40,589 nucleotides of DNA. Origin: a virus (Duplodnaviria > Heunggongvirae > Uroviricota > Caudoviricetes). The stretch covers positions 1 to 40,589 of IMG/VR virus record IMGVR_UViG_2718217867_000004; one strand, written 5' to 3'. The notes beneath the pieces were generated by a model that saw nothing but the letters and a program-made list of their open reading frames with translations, was not told where the DNA came from and made no database searches. Below, piece by piece: positions 36,414 to 40,589 of the stretch; position 1 is the stretch's first letter; each line of letters starts with the position of its first letter. A program made the position numbers and the translations under genes.

Positions 36414-36617
36414 ATGAATACAGCATTTGCACTCGTTCTGACAGTTTTTCTTAATACAGGCGAACCAGTCGATCTTGTTATTGGTATACATGACTCAATG
36501 AAAGAATGCATGGCTGCCGCAGCGGAACAGAAAATTCCCGGCAACTGTTATCCGGTTGATAAAGTTATTCGCATGGACAATAACGAAATCCCGGCAGGAC
36601 TTAAAGCAGCACCGTAA
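36414..36617 (+). CDS. ydfD: YdfD-like small membrane (lysis-associated) protein
   Basis: 67 aa MNTAFALVLTVFLNTGEPVDLVIG... with an N-terminal hydrophobic helix; AAGGA SD; immediately after dicB as in Qin. Confidence 0.75.
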   Translation: MNTAFALVLTVFLNTGEPVDLVIGIHDSMKECMAAAAEQKIPGNCYPVDKVIRMDNNEIPAGLKAAP

Positions 36618-36697
36618 TTAATATCCGGTTTCATTTTTAGATGCCAGCAATGGCAGGGATTTGTTCACCCTTAAATCTGTAATGAGGTTAAAACAAA

Positions 36698-39169
36698 ATG
36701 AGTAAAGTCTTTATTTGCGCCGCCATTCCGGACGAACAGGCAATAAAGGAAGAAGGTGCAGTTGCTGTAGCCACTGCCATTGAAGCCGGTGACGAACGCC
36801 GCGCCCGTGCCAAATTTACCTGGCAATTCCTGGAGCAATATCCGGCTGCTCAGGACTGCGCTTATAAATTTCTTGTCTGCGAGGATAAACCCGGCATGCC
36901 CCGCCCTGCTATCGACTCCTGGGATACCGAATATATGCAGGAAAACCGCTGGGATGAGGAATCCGCTTCCTTTATTCCGGTCGAACCAGAATCCGATCCG
37001 ATGAACGTCAATTTTGACAAGCTGTCCCTTGAAGTACAGAACGCGGTCCTGGTTAAGTTCGGTACATGTGAAAACATCACCGTTGATATGGTGATTAGTG
37101 CTCAGGAATTACTGCAGGAAGACATGGCAACATTCGATGGGCATATCGTTGAGGCATTGATGAAAATGCCTGAAGTTAACGTCATGTATTCAGAGCTTAA
37201 GCTGCTCGCCATCGGGTGGGTTAAACATAAATGTAAGCCGGGTGCAAAATGGCCTGAGATCCAGACAGAATTACGCACCTGGAAAAAACGTCGCGAAGCC
37301 GAACGCAAAGAAACCGGGAAATACATGTCTGTTGTTGATCTTGCCCGCGCCAGAGTCAACCGGCAGAACACTGAAAACTCAGTAGCGAAAATCCCCCCAG
37401 CCACTGCCACCATTCGTCGCGAATACAAGCAGACATGGAAAACACTGGATGATGAACTGGCCTACGCTCTGTGGCCTGATGACATTGATGCCGGAAACAT
37501 TGACGGCAGCATCCATCGCTGGGCAAAAAATGAAGTTATCGACAACGACCGCGAAGACTGGAAGCGTATCTCGGCATCAATGCGCAAACAGCCTGATGCC
37601 CTTCGCTACGACCGCCAGACTATTTTTGGCCTTGTCCGTGAACGTCCGATCGACATTCACAAAGACCCTGTGGCACTGAACAAATACATTACTGAATACC
37701 TGACTACAAAGGGCGTGTTTGAAGATGAAGGAACAAATCAGAGCGCAACTGATACTCTCTCGTCGCCAGTACCAGAAACTGATGCAGTGGAAACGGCAAT
37801 TCCGGACAACGAAAAAACCGAATGCAAAGTGGAAGTCGAACCATCTGTAGAGCGTGAGGGGCCGTTCTACTTCCTCTTCACAGATAAAGATGGCGAAAAA
37901 TATGGTCGTGCAAACAAACTTTCTGGTCTGAATAAGGCGCTGACTGCAGGGGCTACTGAAATCACGAAAGAAGAATATTTTGCCCGCAAAAACGGTACAT
38001 ACTCAGGCTCACAACAAAATACTGGTGCATCTGACACGACCGCACAACCAGAGCCGGTAAAAGTTACCGCTGAAGAAGTAAACAAAATTATGCAGGCAGC
38101 CAATATCAGCCAGCCTGACGCCGATAAGTTGCTTGCTGCCTCTCGCGGAGAATTTGTTGCAGGGATTAGCGACCCGAATGATCCGAAATGGGTGAAGGGG
38201 ATTGAAACCCGCGATTCTGTAAACCAGAACCAGCAAGAATCGGAACAGAACGACCAAAAAGCGGAACAAAACAGCCCAAATGCGTTACAAAACGAGCCAG
38301 AAACGAAACAATCCGAACCAGTAGCGCAACAGGAACCGGAAAAAGTCTGCACCGCCTGCGGTCAGAGCTGTGGCGGCAACTGCCCTGATTGTGGCGCGGT
38401 GATGGGCGACGCAACATACCAGGAAACATTCGATGAAGAGAATCAGGTTGAAGTTCAGGAAAATGATCCGGAGGAAATGGAAGGCGCTGAACATCCACAC
38501 AAGGAGAACCCTGGCGGCAATCAGCATCACGCCAGCGATAATAAAACTGGCGAGGCGACAGATCCCTTAATTGAGGTGAACGGTCATCATAAGCTCACAT
38601 CCACCAGCAGAGCGGGGATTCATCTGATGATCGACCTTGAAACCATGGGAAAAAATCCCGATGCCCCGATTATCTCAATAGGCGCAATATTTTTCGATCC
38701 ACAAACCGGAGATATGGGACCGGAATTTAGCAAGACCATCGATCTGGATACTGCTGGCGGAGTCATTGATCGTGACGTCATTAAATGGTGGCTGAAGCAA
38801 TCACGTGAGGCGCAATCTGCCATTCTGACCGATGAAATTCCGTTAGATGATGCACTACTGCAATTGCGGGAATTTATCGACGAAAACTCCGGTGAATTTT
38901 TTGTTCAGGTCTGGGGAAATGGAGCCAACTTCGACAACGTGATTTTACGCCGTTCATATAAACGGCAGGGTATCCCCTGCCCGTGGCGCTACTACAACGA
39001 TCGCGATGTACGCACAATCATTGAACTGGGAAAATCCATAGACTTCGATGCCAGGACGCCTATTCAATTCGAAGGCATACGCCACAATGCGCTGGATGAT
39101 GCCCGTCACCAGGCGAAATACGTTTCAGCAATCTGGCAAAAACTGATCCCGAATCAGTCTGATTTTTAA
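36698..39169 (+). CDS. Large multidomain protein with C-terminal DEDDh 3'-5' exonuclease domain (YdfE-like)
   Basis: 823 aa; C-terminal IDLETMG (Exo I), WGNGANFD (Exo II), RHNALDDARH (Exo III); central Cys4 cluster CTACGQSCGGNCPDCG; acidic/Gln-rich linkers; position corresponds to ydfE in Qin. Confidence 0.85.
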   Translation: MSKVFICAAIPDEQAIKEEGAVAVATAIEAGDERRARAKFTWQFLEQYPAAQDCAYKFLVCEDKPGMPRPAIDSWDTEYMQENRWDEESASFIPVEPESDPMNVNFDKLSLEVQNAVLVKFGTCENITVDMVISAQELLQEDMATFDGHIVEALMKMPEVNVMYSELKLLAIGWVKHKCKPGAKWPEIQTELRTWKKRREAERKETGKYMSVVDLARARVNRQNTENSVAKIPPATATIRREYKQTWKTLDDELAYALWPDDIDAGNIDGSIHRWAKNEVIDNDREDWKRISASMRKQPDALRYDRQTIFGLVRERPIDIHKDPVALNKYITEYLTTKGVFEDEGTNQSATDTLSSPVPETDAVETAIPDNEKTECKVEVEPSVEREGPFYFLFTDKDGEKYGRANKLSGLNKALTAGATEITKEEYFARKNGTYSGSQQNTGASDTTAQPEPVKVTAEEVNKIMQAANISQPDADKLLAASRGEFVAGISDPNDPKWVKGIETRDSVNQNQQESEQNDQKAEQNSPNALQNEPETKQSEPVAQQEPEKVCTACGQSCGGNCPDCGAVMGDATYQETFDEENQVEVQENDPEEMEGAEHPHKENPGGNQHHASDNKTGEATDPLIEVNGHHKLTSTSRAGIHLMIDLETMGKNPDAPIISIGAIFFDPQTGDMGPEFSKTIDLDTAGGVIDRDVIKWWLKQSREAQSAILTDEIPLDDALLQLREFIDENSGEFFVQVWGNGANFDNVILRRSYKRQGIPCPWRYYNDRDVRTIIELGKSIDFDARTPIQFEGIRHNALDDARHQAKYVSAIWQKLIPNQSDF

Positions 39170-39232
39170 TGTTCAACCCCGGTCGTCGCCCCCAGCTATA
39201 GTGGCGGCGACCATGATTAGCGAACGATACTC

Positions 39233-39481
39233 ATGGCAAGACTTATTCTGCTCACTGAGTGGGCAAAAGAGGAATTCAGCGATCCGGTCCCTACTCCGGG
39301 CACGTTAAGTAAATACGCTAAAGCCGGAATGATATTTCCTCTCCCCAAAAAAGTTGGAAGACACTGGCGAGTGGATCCGCGAGCTCGCTTTGTCGGAATG
39401 GTAAACAAGCCGGAGGTGATCGCCACAGATCACCCTGCTTTAAAGAGGATACTGGAAGATGGCACGCCCGCGAAAATATAA
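39233..39481 (+). CDS. xis: Excisionase (Xis-like DNA-binding protein)
   Basis: 82 aa starting MARLILLTEWAKEEF; immediately upstream of and overlapping the integrase gene. Confidence 0.7.
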   Translation: MARLILLTEWAKEEFSDPVPTPGTLSKYAKAGMIFPLPKKVGRHWRVDPRARFVGMVNKPEVIATDHPALKRILEDGTPAKI

Positions 39482-40589
39482 AACCGCTGTTCCGGGATTA
39501 TCTCCGTATTTTGACAAAAGAAATAACAAAGTTTACTGGCGTTACAGGCATCCCATCACAGGTAAAAATCATGGACTCGGCAGTATTGACCAGAAACTGG
39601 CGGAAACCATTGCAGCAGAAGCGAACAGCCGTCTTGCCAGACAACAAATGGAGCAAATGCTCAGTCTGCAGGAGAAAATTATTAATGATACCGGCGGTTC
39701 ATCAACCGTTTCCATTTTTCTGAATAATTACAGAAAAATTCAACAGGAAAGATATGAAAACGGAGAAATCAAACTCAACACGCTGAAACAGAAAGCGGCC
39801 CCTCTCAGGGTTTTTGATGAACGTTTTGGCACCAGACCGTTAGATGCCATAACCGTAAAGGATGTGGTATCGGTGCTGGAAGAGTACAAGTCCAGAGGAC
39901 ATAACAGAATGGGACAAATTTTCAGGAAGGTACTGATCGATGTTTTCCGGGAGGCTCAGCAAACGGGCGATGTCCCGCCAGGCTTTAACCCTGCAGAATC
40001 GGCAAAAAAACCACAGGTGCGGATATCAAGACAGCGACTGACTTTTGATGAGTGGACGATGATTTATAACGCAGCGGAAAAGGATGGTTACTTTTTACAG
40101 CGCGGTATGCTGCTGGCACTGATGACAGGCCAGCGCCTTTCAGATATTTGCAAAATGCAATTTTCGGATATCCGGGATGGTTATCTTCATGTCGAACAGC
40201 AAAAAACAGGAACCCGGATTGCCATCCCTCTGGCTCTGCGTTGCGATAAATTAAATCTCACCCTGGATGATGTGGTGTCATCCTGTCGCGATTGCGTTCT
40301 TAGTCCGTGGCTATTGCACCATCATCACGCGAAAGGGACAGCTAAGCGCGGCGGGATGGTTAAGCCAGCAACGTTAACCGTTGCATTTAAAAAAGCGCGG
40401 GATTCTGTGGATTACAACTGGCGTGCTAATGGCACCCCACCCTCTTTCCATGAGCAGAGATCTTTATCAGAGCGATTGTTCAGAGAGCAGGGAATTGATA
40501 CCCAAATTTTGCTGGGTCATTCGAATCAAAAAATGACCGATATTTACAACGATGCACGCGGCAAGGAGTGGAAAAAACTGGTCATTTGA
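39459..40589 (+). CDS. int: Tyrosine integrase, lambda Int family
   Basis: 376 aa; C-terminus ...FHEQRSLSERLFREQGIDTQILLGHSNQKMTDIYNDARGKEWKKLVI parallels the lambda Int catalytic region (HELRSLSARLY...LLGHKSDTMASQYRDDRGREWDKIEI); stop is the last codon of the window. Confidence 0.95.
   Translation: MARPRKYKTAVPGLSPYFDKRNNKVYWRYRHPITGKNHGLGSIDQKLAETIAAEANSRLARQQMEQMLSLQEKIINDTGGSSTVSIFLNNYRKIQQERYENGEIKLNTLKQKAAPLRVFDERFGTRPLDAITVKDVVSVLEEYKSRGHNRMGQIFRKVLIDVFREAQQTGDVPPGFNPAESAKKPQVRISRQRLTFDEWTMIYNAAEKDGYFLQRGMLLALMTGQRLSDICKMQFSDIRDGYLHVEQQKTGTRIAIPLALRCDKLNLTLDDVVSSCRDCVLSPWLLHHHHAKGTAKRGGMVKPATLTVAFKKARDSVDYNWRANGTPPSFHEQRSLSERLFREQGIDTQILLGHSNQKMTDIYNDARGKEWKKLVI

Noticed and set aside
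36090-36491. 133-aa minus-strand ORF
   Set aside because: Antisense to dicB and ydfD, which have good SDs and recognisable sequences.
37867-38352. 161-aa minus-strand ORF inside the 823-aa gene, plus other internal ORFs (37102-37428, 38166-38530)
   Set aside because: Antisense to the long, motif-bearing plus-strand ORF; Cys/Phe/Ser-rich low-complexity translation.
36698-39169. RecE (exonuclease VIII) identity for the 823-aa protein
   Set aside because: Size and position fit, but the C-terminal motifs are DEDDh (DnaQ-like), not the PD-(D/E)XK fold of RecE; called YdfE-like instead.

Overview
The window is almost entirely one mosaic lambdoid prophage, read in reverse orientation, with a Qin/Rac-like immunity region. 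From left to right: a Mu-like contractile-tail and baseplate module (9-9776, minus strand; the next baseplate gene is cut by the window edge), a lambda-like head and packaging module (connector proteins, major capsid E, decoration D, acidic scaffold-like protein, S49 protease, portal, gpW, terminase large and Nu1-like small subunit, 9773-17663), a cos-proximal cassette of small uncharacterised genes (17767-19448), a lysis cassette (19619-20856), an ORF-poor 1.1 kb region, phage-borne tRNA-Thr and tRNA-Gly, an orphan DNA methyltransferase, a low-GC CPBP/Abi intramembrane protease moron directly downstream of the Q antiterminator, a nin-like region (RusA, DUF968, hok/mok type I toxin, DUF551, Ea22-like, frameshifted TraR-like gene, DUF4406 plus zinc-ribbon pair), replication genes (YdaU-like initiator with an internal ori-like tract, DnaC-like loader), a cro/cI switch with GTAAC-type operators, and a rightward early operon (ydfA/ydfB-like, DicF sRNA, dicB, ydfD, an 823-aa YdfE-like protein with a C-terminal DEDDh exonuclease domain, xis, int). 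All calls rest on reading the translated ORFs and the nucleotide sequence by eye; no database search was run. I did not find one obviously novel multi-gene system. The best candidates for poorly described biology are the CPBP moron behind Q, the tightly coupled cos-proximal cassette, the YdfE-like exonuclease protein, the hok-associated locus, the DUF4406/zinc-ribbon pair and the GGTAACA repeat array around the small terminase gene. Coordinates I derived myself (start adjustments, small ORFs, RNA elements) may be off by 1-2 nt.
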